Positions 10,779 through 20,125 of a DNA stretch of 64,000 bases are shown here, piece by piece. Origin of the DNA: an uncultured Alphaproteobacteria bacterium (GTDB taxonomy: Bacteria; Pseudomonadota; Alphaproteobacteria; Rhizobiales; Xanthobacteraceae); assembly GCA_963819355.1 (NCBI GenBank), contig CAWFVZ010000002.1, forward strand, positions 13,771 through 77,770, in the 5' to 3' direction. Positions within the stretch are counted from its first letter, which is position 1. Each line of letters starts with the position of its first letter. A program made the translations under genes and the position numbers. The notes beneath the pieces were generated by a model. The model saw only the letters and a list, made by a program, of their open reading frames with translations, ran no database searches and was not told where the DNA came from.

Positions 10779-11527
10779 TGACGATGAAGCCCGCAATCAA
10801 GCCGCTGCCGCGCGCCATGCTGATCGACATGGACGACACCATCCTGTCGGCCTATGGCCGGCCCGAGATCGCCTGGAACACGATCGCCAGCGAATTTGCC
10901 GAGGAGCTCGCGCCGCTGCCGCCGCAGCAGGTCGCAACCGCGGTGCTGGCCTATGCGCGGCAGTTCTGGTCGACTGCGGAGCCGATCTGGCGGATGAAGC
11001 TTGGCGAGGCGCGGCGGCTCACGGTGCGAGGCGGCTTCGCCGCGCTCGAAGCCTGCGGCCATCGCGCCCTCTCCGACGAACTCGCCAATCGCCTCGCCGA
11101 CCGCTTCACCACCTATCGCGAAGAAGCGATCTTCGTTTTTCCGGGCGCACATGATGCGATCGACGCGTTCAAGGCACACGGCATCAAGCTCGCGCTGGTC
11201 ACCAACGGCGCCGCCGACATGCAGCGTGCCAAGGTCGAGCGCTTCGAGCTGACCCATCGCTTCGACCACATCCAGATCGAGGGCGAGCACGGTTTCGGCA
11301 AGCCCGAGGAGCGCGCCTATCTGCACGCGATGGAGGCGCTCGGCGTCACCGCGAAAGACACCTGGATGATCGGCGACAATCTGGAATGGGAAGTCGTGAC
11401 GCCGCAGCGCCTCGGCATCTATGCGATCTGGATCGACGTGCATGGCGACGGCCTGCCCGAAGGCTCGACCGTCAAGCCCGACCGCATCATCCGCTCGCTG
11501 ACCGAACTGGTGCCGCACCAGGTCTAG
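10775..11527 (+). CDS. HAD-superfamily hydrolase
   Basis: DMDDT, LVTNG, GKP, MIGDN motifs. Confidence 0.9.
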   Translation: MMTMKPAIKPLPRAMLIDMDDTILSAYGRPEIAWNTIASEFAEELAPLPPQQVATAVLAYARQFWSTAEPIWRMKLGEARRLTVRGGFAALEACGHRALSDELANRLADRFTTYREEAIFVFPGAHDAIDAFKAHGIKLALVTNGAADMQRAKVERFELTHRFDHIQIEGEHGFGKPEERAYLHAMEALGVTAKDTWMIGDNLEWEVVTPQRLGIYAIWIDVHGDGLPEGSTVKPDRIIRSLTELVPHQV

Positions 11528-11861
11528 CCAGGGCGCGACCACAAGATATCGAAAACAACCCCATGCACAGTAGCCGGCTGCTGCAATTTCAACGGCTTGC
11601 CGCAAACGCAAACGAACTGCTGATTTTACGAAATCATTTGACGCGTCGGGCAAAACAGGCGCATCATGTCACGATCGCCGCGCCTGGGACGGAATGGTCC
11701 TTGGGCGACCATCGAGCGATCCCCCACTCGAACCTCTGCCATCGACGTTTCGCGCAGTCTACGCAAGCCGACGCAAATTCACGGGTCACGCAGCCCGTGA
11801 TCGGCGTGTCATGACGGGTTGCTAGCCTTCCCTCTCGTCGATCAACCCGAAAGGACCATCC

Positions 11862-12071
11862 ATGGAACTGAAAACCGGCGACGTCGTGATGCTGAAATCC
11901 GGCGGCCAGCCGCTGACCGTCGCGGAGGTGAAAGGCGACGACATCCTCTGCCTCTGGATGGGCTCGGAAGGCGATCTGTTCCGCGAGACGCTGCCGCTGG
12001 CCACGCTCGAACGCCTGGAAATTGACGACGAGGACGAAGACGAGGACGACGAGGACGAAGACGACGAGTAG
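11862..12071 (+). CDS. DUF2158/YodC-like small protein with poly-Asp/Glu tail
   Basis: GDVVMLKSGG-x-LTV motif and AAGGA SD. Confidence 0.85.
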   Translation: MELKTGDVVMLKSGGQPLTVAEVKGDDILCLWMGSEGDLFRETLPLATLERLEIDDEDEDEDDEDEDDE

Positions 12072-12124
12072 GCGCGGCTAAGGCCGCGTCACAATTAGAT
12101 GAGATCGGAGTCCTCGGCTCCACG

Positions 12125-12168
12125 TGATGTCCGCTTGTCCGCCAATAAGGGCGCAATAGCGGACATCA
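12125..12168. repeat. inverted-repeat element at the left edge of an accessory patch
   Basis: 11-bp perfect inverted repeat TGATGTCCGCT / AGCGGACATCA. Confidence 0.6.
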
Positions 12169-12199
12169 TTCGATGTCGCCCATAAGGCGACGGAATCCC

Positions 12200-12517
12200 G
12201 GATTGTCCGAGCGGTTGCTCAGCCACGCGACGGCTTGTTCAGAATGACGCCAAGAAGCACGATGAACACAATCCATAGGACGAGCGCCTTGCACACAGAA
12301 CGAGAACCACAAAAGCCCATCTTCGCTGCCTGCTCGTAGCCTCCTTGTACAAGCCGTAGAGCCGCCAGCATGCGCCAACCGGGTAGAGGCCGATGGCTGC
12401 TGCACTCGCAATAAAAAGACATTGGTGTAGAGCTACGGGTTTTTTGAAGCGCCAGATCGTGTTCCCGGTACGATAAAATGGTTCGCCCCGTGACCGGATT
12501 ATCGTTGTGTCGCTCAT
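12200..12517 (-). pseudogene. possible small membrane protein, frameshifted
   Basis: Hydrophobic segments are split over two frames (…WAFVVLVL… and …LWIVFIVLLGVIL…). Confidence 0.35.
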
Positions 12518-12623
12518 TGACTTCCCCAGGCTCAGACTGCGTCGGTCGATCGGCGGCTGAACTGCTTCGCAACGATCCTCTCAGATCAGGTTGACTTCTC
12601 CAGCCCGTCGCGATATCACATTA

Positions 12624-12639
12624 TGGACTAATCGGTCCC
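12624..12639. promoter_or_regulatory. TetR-type operator 1, downstream of a TTGACT-N17-TATCAC promoter
   Basis: TGGACTAATCGGTCCC palindrome, with a second copy at 13234. Confidence 0.7.
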
Positions 12640-12647
12640 GAAACAAA

Positions 12648-13217
12648 ATGGCGCGCCTGAGAGAATTTGACTACGAGCAGGTCCTGGATGGCGCGCTTCA
12701 GCTATTTTGGCGCGGCGGCTATGAGGCAACTTCGCTCGATGGGTTGCTTAGCGAAGTGGGTCTCAGCAAAAGCAGCTTCTACGGTGCATTCGGCAGCAAG
12801 CACGAAATGCTCCTGGCGTGTCTCGACCGCTACATCGAGACCGTACTGCAAGCAAACATCGACGATTTGCGGCGTGGACCACCCCGCGCAGCGATTATCA
12901 GGAGCTTCGAAAAGATCCTCGGGTTCCAACCCGCCTCTAAAACCTGCTTTCTTCAGGTTTGCGCGATCGAACGAGGCGGACATGATCAACTCGTGCGCAT
13001 GCGCGTTCGGCGCGGGCTGGAGCAATTCGAGGAAGCCTACCGAGACACGATCGTACGGGGGCAGGAAGCCGGACAGTTCGATGCGGATGCCGATGCGCGC
13101 GTGCTGTCTACCTTTCTCGTCGCAAATCTCTACGGGCTGCAGGTTCTTGGCCGCGCCAATATCGCAGTGGATGCACGAACGAAGACTCTCGCAACGATCA
13201 TGAAGGCCCTCGCATAA
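12648..13217 (+). CDS. TetR/AcrR family regulator (NemR/ComR-like)
   Basis: FWRGGYEATSLDGLL...GLSKSSFYGAFGSK helix-turn-helix. Confidence 0.92.
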   Translation: MARLREFDYEQVLDGALQLFWRGGYEATSLDGLLSEVGLSKSSFYGAFGSKHEMLLACLDRYIETVLQANIDDLRRGPPRAAIIRSFEKILGFQPASKTCFLQVCAIERGGHDQLVRMRVRRGLEQFEEAYRDTIVRGQEAGQFDADADARVLSTFLVANLYGLQVLGRANIAVDARTKTLATIMKALA

Positions 13218-13233
13218 TTTTTTTGTCAAATTA

Positions 13234-13249
13234 TGGACTACATGGTCCA
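13234..13249. promoter_or_regulatory. TetR-type operator 2
   Basis: TGGAC-TACATG-GTCCA palindrome upstream of the SnoaL gene. Confidence 0.75.
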
Positions 13250-13287
13250 CAATAGAAGGTCGCCATGAATGAACAAGGGAGAGATAG

Positions 13288-13746
13288 ATGATGACTGATC
13301 GAAGAGCCTTCGGTTTTAGCTTGGCGGCAGCAGCGGCCGCCGGCGCCACGCCGGCGCACGCCGCCGACGATGTCCGCGAGGCTAACAAACGGACCGTCCT
13401 GGCGTTCTACGATGCGGCCTTGAACCGGTCGAACATCGACGAAGCCGCGGCCCATTTCGGGCCGCATTTCATCCAGCACAATCCCAGGAGCAAGGATGGG
13501 ATCGAGGGATTTCGCTCGTTGTTGCAGGACCTGAAAAAGCAATTCTCCGGACTTCGCAGCGACGTCAAACGCGTCTTCGCCGACGGTGACTTCGTGATAC
13601 TGCATGTCCACGTCAAGCTTCAGCCCGAAGAATTGGGGCTGGCGATCGTGGAAATCTTCCGGCTTGAACACGGCAAGATCGTCGAACATTGGGACGTGCG
13701 CCAACCCGTCCCCGAAACCGCCGCCAATACGAACGGGATGTTCTAG
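13288..13746 (+). CDS. SnoaL/NTF2-like protein with probable Tat signal
   Basis: DRRAF...AHA signal, FIQHNP, IVEIFRLEHGKIVEHWDV. Confidence 0.88.
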   Translation: MMTDRRAFGFSLAAAAAAGATPAHAADDVREANKRTVLAFYDAALNRSNIDEAAAHFGPHFIQHNPRSKDGIEGFRSLLQDLKKQFSGLRSDVKRVFADGDFVILHVHVKLQPEELGLAIVEIFRLEHGKIVEHWDVRQPVPETAANTNGMF

Positions 13747-13749
13747 CGA

Positions 13750-13858
13750 CGCTCGCAATTCCCGGACCTCGGCCTGGCGAATGGCGCGGGAAGCCACGAC
13801 GTCGACGATAACGCCAAATCTCACGTCGATGAGATAGTTGTCGGAGTAAGCGAAGAAT
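13750..13858 (-). mobile_element. transposase fragment (IS1182-like)
   Basis: FFAYSDNYLIDVRFGVIVDVVASRAIRQAEV resembles the DDE region of IS1182-type transposases, from memory. Confidence 0.65.
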
Positions 13859-13859
13859 C

Positions 13860-13940
13860 TGGGTGCCTCGCCTATTTCGCAAAGCCATTCTCGGCGAAGT
13901 CGCTGATGGAGCCGCTCCATAGGGCGGCGGCGTTTTCGTG
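13860..13940 (+). pseudogene. C-terminal fragment of a CheY-like receiver domain
   Basis: GCLAYFAKPFSAKSLMEPLHRA contains the conserved KPF motif. No N-terminus is present. Confidence 0.55.
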
Positions 13941-14066
13941 GCACCCTTGATGCCTGATGCCGTGATCGGCGGCATGGTACTAAAGGTCGTTGTCCCACAG
14001 AACAATTACCTAGGTTAATGATCCGCAGTAGCAAATGGCGGTGGGCGTAACCTGAAGGAGCGTGAC

Positions 14067-14231
14067 GTGCCTATCAGCGAACAACGCGAACTGGAAATTG
14101 AGCGGGAACTCGCGATCATCATGCGCGAGCTTGATCGCCATCTGCCGGTGCGAAAACCGGAACCCAACAAACTTGAACAAGCGGCTCGGTTCCCGTGGGC
14201 GCCCCCGCTCTTGCTTGACCTTGAGGAGTAG
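14067..14231 (+). CDS. 54-aa hypothetical small protein
   Basis: GTG start with AAGGAG SD; translates as MPISEQRELEIERELAIIMRELDRHL...LLLDLEE. Confidence 0.5.
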   Translation: MPISEQRELEIERELAIIMRELDRHLPVRKPEPNKLEQAARFPWAPPLLLDLEE

Positions 14232-14583
14232 GCCGCGCGCCGTCCCTCCTCGCGCGGATAGGCCATCATGACGCCGCACTGTACATCAGGACAATGTGCC
14301 TGAAGACAACTGTCCCCGACCGGGTTCCTGAGTTTAGATGCTTGCGTACCGAGGGTCGTCCCCCACCCCGGTACACCAATTCCTCCCAAGTCTTCCTCCC
14401 GAGACTTCGGCCCCGGTCCCTCAGATCGGGGCCGTTCCTTTTTGGCGACGTACGGTCGCGCTCAAGCTCCAACACCGCGACGGCGGCGCGGCAGTGCACC
14501 CATTTCAACGCAGACGACATCGGCGTTTCGCTGTTCCCTCTTGAGCCGGGGCGGATTTTCTCTGGGGTGGGAGTTGGGGGCAG

Positions 14584-14682
14584 ATGAAGCGAAACGACGT
14601 GTTTTTTTGGATTTCGATTGTTTGGCTAGCCGCACTTTGCGCCGCAGCGATCTGGATACTTTTTTTTGCCGTCAATGCATGA
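14584..14682 (+). CDS. 32-aa single-TM small protein
   Basis: MKRNDVFFWISIVWLAALCAAAIWILFFAVNA, with a purine-rich SD (GGGAG). Confidence 0.5.
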   Translation: MKRNDVFFWISIVWLAALCAAAIWILFFAVNA

Positions 14683-14809
14683 GCCTAGAGTGAACGCGTT
14701 CGGCGCGCGCCGACCTGCGCCCAGCGGCTCGTCATGAACCTTCGGACTAAGTCCGCCTCGGGCCGCCCCAGACATCAAGCCGTCAGCGCAGCCCCGTCAT
14801 CTTGCGCTC

Positions 14810-15120
14810 AAATCTGTCCTCACGCGCGCCACCGACTTTGGGCCGTCCGGGTCGGATGGAACGAGTTGCGCGTACGCTTCGAAGTCGGACAATGCCTGTT
14901 GCAGACTGCGCTTCTTCTCGCGCGCCACGCCTCGTAGGCTTCGACATAGTTCGGATCGAGGCGGAGCGCCTGATCGTAGTCGCCGATGGCGCGGTTGAGG
15001 TCGCGTCTGTTCTTATATTCAACGCCGCGGTTCGAGTAGATTTTCGCAACCTCCTCGCCGCTGAATTCGCCTGACGCAATGGCGCGGGAGCACGCCGCGA
15101 TGGCAGCCTCGCCCGATTGC
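14810..15120 (-). pseudogene. TPR protein remnant
   Basis: AIAACSRAIASG...YSNRG...AIGDYDQALRLDPNY. It is frameshifted after AY and lacks a start. Confidence 0.7.
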
Positions 15121-15274
15121 CTCGCGCCAGGTGTTCGGTTTCCGGTTTGGGTCGCCGATTAGGGTTAAGCCGGACGACTTCCGGTTTAAGCATGGAGCCG
15201 ACGTCTATCGGTACACGCCCTGGCCGAGGTTCGCTCCGCGGTCGAGGCGCGAGTGCCAATTGGGCCGGGGGCAT

Positions 15275-16045
15275 CTACGCGATGAGTTGCTTCGCCGCGG
15301 CCGAGATCATCACCAGCCCGCCGGTGATGACGGCGACGTCGAGGATCGCGGTGTGGATGTGCACCGGCATCCGCTCGACGAAGGCCCTGGCGAGGAACGC
15401 GCCGGGGATCGCGATCCCGCCGATCAGAAGCGCAAAGGCGAGCACCTGCGCGGTCACGGCGCCGGCGAGGCCAAACACCGAGATCTTGATGAGGCCGGTG
15501 CCGAGCGAGATCATCGCATCGGTCGCGATCACGGCGGCGCCTTCCAGGCCCGCGGCCATCAGCAGCGAGAGCAGGATCACACCGGAGCCGGAGGTGCCGC
15601 CGACCAGCACGCCGTAACCGACGGAGCCGGCGGCGAGACCGGCGTCGCCGATCTTGACCTGGCGGCGGCGAAGCACGCGGCGCAGCGGCACGCTCAGGAT
15701 CAGCATGGTGCCGATCACGAGCGCCGCGCCCAAATTGGTGAGCCGCGTGTAACCATAGGCGCCGAGCGCCGTCGTCAACGCCGCGCAGGCGAGCACGATC
15801 AGTGCGCGGCGGCGGTCGGCATAGCGGAGATAGGCAATCGCGCGGCTCGAATTGGTGAAGATCGCGGAGATCGCGATGATCGGCACCACGGGCTCGGCGC
15901 CGACCAGCGGCACCAGCACCAGCGGCATCAGGGCGCCGGTGCCGTAGCCGGCCAGACCACCGATGATCGAAGCAAACAACGCCATCAACGCGACCAGCAG
16001 GAGCTGGAGAAGCGAGATGTCGGCGAAGCCTGAGACGATGGTCAA
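15275..16045 (-). CDS. TSUP family (TauE/SafE) transporter
   Basis: GGLAGYGTG and GGTSGSG repeats in a multi-TM protein. Confidence 0.88.
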   Translation of the reverse strand: MTIVSGFADISLLQLLLVALMALFASIIGGLAGYGTGALMPLVLVPLVGAEPVVPIIAISAIFTNSSRAIAYLRYADRRRALIVLACAALTTALGAYGYTRLTNLGAALVIGTMLILSVPLRRVLRRRQVKIGDAGLAAGSVGYGVLVGGTSGSGVILLSLLMAAGLEGAAVIATDAMISLGTGLIKISVFGLAGAVTAQVLAFALLIGGIAIPGAFLARAFVERMPVHIHTAILDVAVITGGLVMISAAAKQLIA

Positions 16046-17298
16046 TTTTTCTGATCGCGGCTGGCGCGTGCCGCAGCTTGATCGGCGATGGAAGCGAGTG
16101 CGGCTTCATCTAGTGGAAAATCCGCCGCAAGCCAAGCATCCTCGGCAAGTGTCAACACATGCCCGAGCGCAGGCCCCTCGGCCATGCCGCGCGCGATGAA
16201 ATCGGCGGCGCGAAGCGGGAATTTCGGCGCGGTCCAGCGCTGCGGCAGTTCGGCGAGCTCGCGCCAGCGCGACGCGGTCACGTCGCCGCCGTTCCGCGCC
16301 CAGGCCAGCAACACACGATCGAGATAGCGCTCGCGCCCCAGCCGGTAGAGCAACCGCCGCGCATTGGCTTCGTCCTTGTTGGCGAAGCGCCACCAGCGAT
16401 GGCCCATCGAATCCAGCGCCTTGGCTTCGGCATTGGAGAGCCTCAAGCGCGCGGCGACGCGCTTGGCGTCTTCGGTCACGGCCACCGTCAGCGCGGCCAG
16501 GCGCCGCGTTGCGCTCGCCGGCAGGCCAAGCTCGCGCTCGATCGCAATCATCGCCGTCAGCGGCCCGGCATAGGCAACGCCGCCAATCAGCGCTTGCAGC
16601 GATCCGGCATCGACCATCGCGAGCGCCGCGCGCGATGCGCCGTTCGCCACCAATAGCTTCAGCATCTCCATGCGCACGCGTTCGGCCGACAGGCTCGCAA
16701 GGCCGCCGCGTCCACGGATGCAGGCGAGGTAGCCGTCGCGGTCGGGATCGCCGGCGCCGAAGGCGGCGTGGATGCGGAAGAAGCGCAGGATGCGCAGATA
16801 ATCCTCGGCGATGCGCTGGTCGGGATTGCCGATAAAGCGTACGCGCCGCGCTCTCGCATCCGCGATCCCGCCGACATAGTCGTAGACGACGCCGTTCGCA
16901 TCGACCGACAAGCCGTTCATCGTGAAGTCGCGCCGCTCGGCGTCCTTCACCCAGTCGCGGCCGAAGGCGACCTTGGCCTTGCGGCCGAAGGTTTCGGTGT
17001 CCTCGCGCAGCGTCGTGACTTCGTAGGGATGCTTGTCGATGACGAGCGTGACGGTGCCGTGGTCGATGCCGGTCGGCACGCTCTTGATGCCGGCGCTCCT
17101 GGCGCGACGTATCACCTCCTCCGGCCGCGCCGTGGTCGCGATATCCATGTCGCCCGGCGGCAGATCGAGCAGCGCGTTGCGCACGGTGCCGCCGACCACG
17201 CGTGCCTCCTCGCCATCCGTGCCGAGCAGTTGCAGGACACGCGCCGTCCCGCCTGTGGTCAGCCAGGGCGCATCGGCAAAGATCGGCTCAGCGCTCAT
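16042..17298 (-). CDS. cca: CCA tRNA nucleotidyltransferase
   Basis: VGGTVRN, DMD, RRDFTMN, EDYLRILRFFR. Confidence 0.92.
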   Translation of the reverse strand: MSAEPIFADAPWLTTGGTARVLQLLGTDGEEARVVGGTVRNALLDLPPGDMDIATTARPEEVIRRARSAGIKSVPTGIDHGTVTLVIDKHPYEVTTLREDTETFGRKAKVAFGRDWVKDAERRDFTMNGLSVDANGVVYDYVGGIADARARRVRFIGNPDQRIAEDYLRILRFFRIHAAFGAGDPDRDGYLACIRGRGGLASLSAERVRMEMLKLLVANGASRAALAMVDAGSLQALIGGVAYAGPLTAMIAIERELGLPASATRRLAALTVAVTEDAKRVAARLRLSNAEAKALDSMGHRWWRFANKDEANARRLLYRLGRERYLDRVLLAWARNGGDVTASRWRELAELPQRWTAPKFPLRAADFIARGMAEGPALGHVLTLAEDAWLAADFPLDEAALASIADQAAARASRDQKN

Positions 17299-17308
17299 CG
17301 TCCGGCCC

Positions 17309-17572
17309 TTATCTTTCCGTGCCCGGCACGAGCGTGCCGTTCACGACATGGGCGGGAACGTAGGTCGAGTTCGGCGCGGCGCCGGAGAAATGCGCAAGCC
17401 CGATCAGGCCCGCGATGACCAGCACGAGCGCCGCCAGGACCAGGCGCGCAACGACGGTGATCGGCCAGGACGATTGCACGAACAGGCCGGATCGGGTGGC
17501 GGCCAGGAACAGCGCATAGACGGCAAAGGGGATGAGGAAGATTCCGATCTCGGTCAGGACCGGCCGGATCAT
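17309..17572 (-). CDS. small membrane protein (DUF6111-like)
   Basis: Two TM segments and a YVPAH..G motif, within the operon. Confidence 0.75.
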   Translation of the reverse strand: MIRPVLTEIGIFLIPFAVYALFLAATRSGLFVQSSWPITVVARLVLAALVLVIAGLIGLAHFSGAAPNSTYVPAHVVNGTLVPGTER

Positions 17573-18240
17573 GACGAATAGATCCGCTCATACAACACAC
17601 GCAGCATTCCGGCCGTCGCACCCCAGATGTAGCGTTCCGCGAACGGCATTGCGTAGTAAAACCGCTCCAAGCCGCGGAATTCCTTGCTGTGCATCTGGTG
17701 GTTCGCCGGGTTCATCAGGAAGGATAGCGGCACTTCGAATGCGTCATCAACCTCGGAATGGTTGATCGTGAGCGCAAAACCCGGCCGCACCCTGGCTAAG
17801 GTGGGCAGGATACGGAAACCGAAGCCGGTGCCATAGAGGTCGAGATAGCCGATCGGCTCGACGAAATCGCGCGACAGCCCGACCTCCTCCTCGGCCTCGC
17901 GCAGCGCCGCGTCGAGCGGAGAGGAATCGGTCGCGTCGATCTTGCCGCCGGGAAAGGCGATCTGGCCGGCGTGGTCGTTGAGATGTGCCGAGCGCTGCGT
18001 CAGCAGGATGGTCGGTTCGGGATGGTCGACCACCGCGATCAGGACTGCGGCCGGCCGCACCGGCTGCTCCCGCGCGACGATCTCGAGCATCTTGTCGGTG
18101 CCGGGATCGCCGGAGGCCGGAACGATGTTCGGATCGTAGAGCCCGGGCGGAACGTCGAAGCCGAGCCGCGCCCTGGAGCGGGCGAAGAAATCCGCCGCTC
18201 CGACCACAACGGGCTCGTTGCTCAGGATAGGCTTGTTCAA
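17569..18240 (-). CDS. CoA pyrophosphatase (Nudix)
   Basis: LLTQRS, HAGQIAFPGG, ALREAEEEVGL, IWGATA. Confidence 0.9.
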   Translation of the reverse strand: MNKPILSNEPVVVGAADFFARSRARLGFDVPPGLYDPNIVPASGDPGTDKMLEIVAREQPVRPAAVLIAVVDHPEPTILLTQRSAHLNDHAGQIAFPGGKIDATDSSPLDAALREAEEEVGLSRDFVEPIGYLDLYGTGFGFRILPTLARVRPGFALTINHSEVDDAFEVPLSFLMNPANHQMHSKEFRGLERFYYAMPFAERYIWGATAGMLRVLYERIYSS

Positions 18241-18848
18241 GGCGCGGCCCTCACCTGCTCCGCGTCGGCCATGGCGAAGAATTCGCCGGCCGAACTCGAC
18301 GCCGAACATCGGCTGGCCATCGACCATCCGCTCCTCGCCCATGTCAACAAGATCGTAGTAGAGCGCGCGGGTGACCTTGGCCCAGAGATCGGCGCGGACG
18401 TGCAGATAGGGCGTCAGCCCGCCGTCCTTGGCCTGCTCGAAGCGAAGCCGGTGCGCGGCATCGCAAATGACCCAGTCGTCGACATTGGTACGGAATCGCA
18501 GCACGCGATGGTTGTCCTCGCCGTCCTTCTGCATCTCGACCGCCATGAACGGCGCGTCGTCGACGCGGATGCCGACCTTCTCCACAGGCGTGACGAGAAA
18601 ATGCTTGTCGCCTTCGCGCTTCAAGACCGTCGAGAACAGGCGCACCAGCGCTGGCCGGCCGATTGGCGTGCCCATGTAGAACCATGTACCATCGATGCCG
18701 ATTCGAATATCGAGATCGCCGCAAAACGGCGGATTCCACAGATGCACCGGAGGCAGTCCTTTCTTGACGCCTTCGGCACCGGCAGCACTTTTGGCGGCGG
18801 CAGCCAGCCCCTCAAGACCGTGATCGGCGCTCTGCCCTTGGTTCGCCA
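18237..18848 (-). CDS. DUF1285 protein; a +1 frameshift at ~18293 falsely fuses it to the Nudix ORF
   Basis: PPVHLWNPPFCGDLDIRI, WFYMGTPI, LVTPVEK, FRTNVDD. Removing one base gives VESAGEFFAMADAEQVRAAP-stop. Confidence 0.85.
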
Positions 18849-19126
18849 TGGTTTGCCCTGACTTTGTCATTTCGCTCGGATTGTCATTTGGCACGATTGG
18901 TGCAGGCCTACCTTGTAATCGGTGCTCGGTTCCACCCCCGGACTAGTCCGGTGTGCAGGTCGCCACTTCGTGATGCCCTACATAACCCTAAGCCGATAAG
19001 GTGGGGATAGGTTAATTCAACGAATACATGGCCTTCCTGCAAGTCTAGCATAGGGCCCATGATGCAAATTGACGCGATGATTTGACGACGCAAGAGAGCC
19101 GCGTCGCAGGCTGAAGGAGCTAACGG

Positions 19127-20125
19127 ATGGCGGAAAGTGTCGAGAAGCTCGAAGACGGCATCGTCCGTTCGGCCGAGCAGGTGTCGAGCCAGGTGCGCGC
19201 GGCGAAGGACGCGATCGCGTCGGTCATCTTCGGCCAGGATCGCGTAATCGAGAACACGCTTGTCACCATCCTCTCCGGTGGCCACGCGCTCCTGATCGGC
19301 GTGCCCGGCCTCGCCAAGACCAAGCTGGTCGAGACGCTCGGCGTCACGCTCGGTCTCGATGCCAAGCGCGTACAGTTTACTCCCGACCTGATGCCGTCGG
19401 ATATTCTCGGCGCCGAAGTGCTCGACGAGAGCAACGCGGGCAAACGCTCTTTCCGTTTCATCGCTGGCCCCATCTTCGCGCAGCTGCTGATGGCCGACGA
19501 GATCAACCGCGCCAGCCCGCGCACGCAATCGGCGCTGCTGCAGGCGATGCAGGAGCAACACATTACCGTCGCCGGCGCGCGCCACGATCTGCCCAAGCCG
19601 TTCCATGTGCTCGCAACGCAGAACCCGCTGGAGCAGGAAGGCACCTATCCGCTGCCTGAAGCGCAGCTCGACCGCTTCCTGATGGAAATCGACGTCGATT
19701 ATCCCGATCGCGACGCCGAGCGCCGCATCCTGTTCGAGACCACCGGCGCCGAAGAGACGCTGGCCAAGGGCTCGATGACCGCGGATGCGCTGATCACGGC
19801 GCAGCGGCTGATCCGACGCCTGCCGGTCGGCGATTCCGTGGTTGAAGCCATTCTGTCGCTGGTGCGCTCGGCTCGTCCGGGACCGGACAGCGGCGAGGCC
19901 GGCAAGTTCATCGCCTGGGGCCCGGGCCCGCGCGCCAGCCAATCCCTGATGCTCGCGGTGCGTGCCCGCGCGCTGATCGACGGACGTCTCGCGCCCTCGA
20001 TCGACGACGTGCTCGACCTCGCCGAGCCCGTGCTGAAGCACCGCATGGCATTGACGTTCCAGGCGCGCGCCGAAGGCCGCACGATTCCGGACGTGATCAA
20101 ACAATTGAAGACACGGATCGGTTGA
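19127..20125 (+). CDS. MoxR family AAA+ ATPase
   Basis: GVPGLAKT, QFTPDLMPSDI, ADEINRASPRTQSALLQAM, TQNPLEQEGTYPLPEAQLDRF. Confidence 0.95.
   Translation: MAESVEKLEDGIVRSAEQVSSQVRAAKDAIASVIFGQDRVIENTLVTILSGGHALLIGVPGLAKTKLVETLGVTLGLDAKRVQFTPDLMPSDILGAEVLDESNAGKRSFRFIAGPIFAQLLMADEINRASPRTQSALLQAMQEQHITVAGARHDLPKPFHVLATQNPLEQEGTYPLPEAQLDRFLMEIDVDYPDRDAERRILFETTGAEETLAKGSMTADALITAQRLIRRLPVGDSVVEAILSLVRSARPGPDSGEAGKFIAWGPGPRASQSLMLAVRARALIDGRLAPSIDDVLDLAEPVLKHRMALTFQARAEGRTIPDVIKQLKTRIG

Noticed and set aside
12020-12068. GACGAG/GACGAA tandem repeat as an array or VNTR
   Set aside because: It simply encodes the acidic tail of the DUF2158 protein.
17569-18894. Apparent DUF1285-Nudix fusion protein (441 aa)
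   Set aside because: One extra base at a GANTC site explains it; the repaired frame has its own stop at ~18237.
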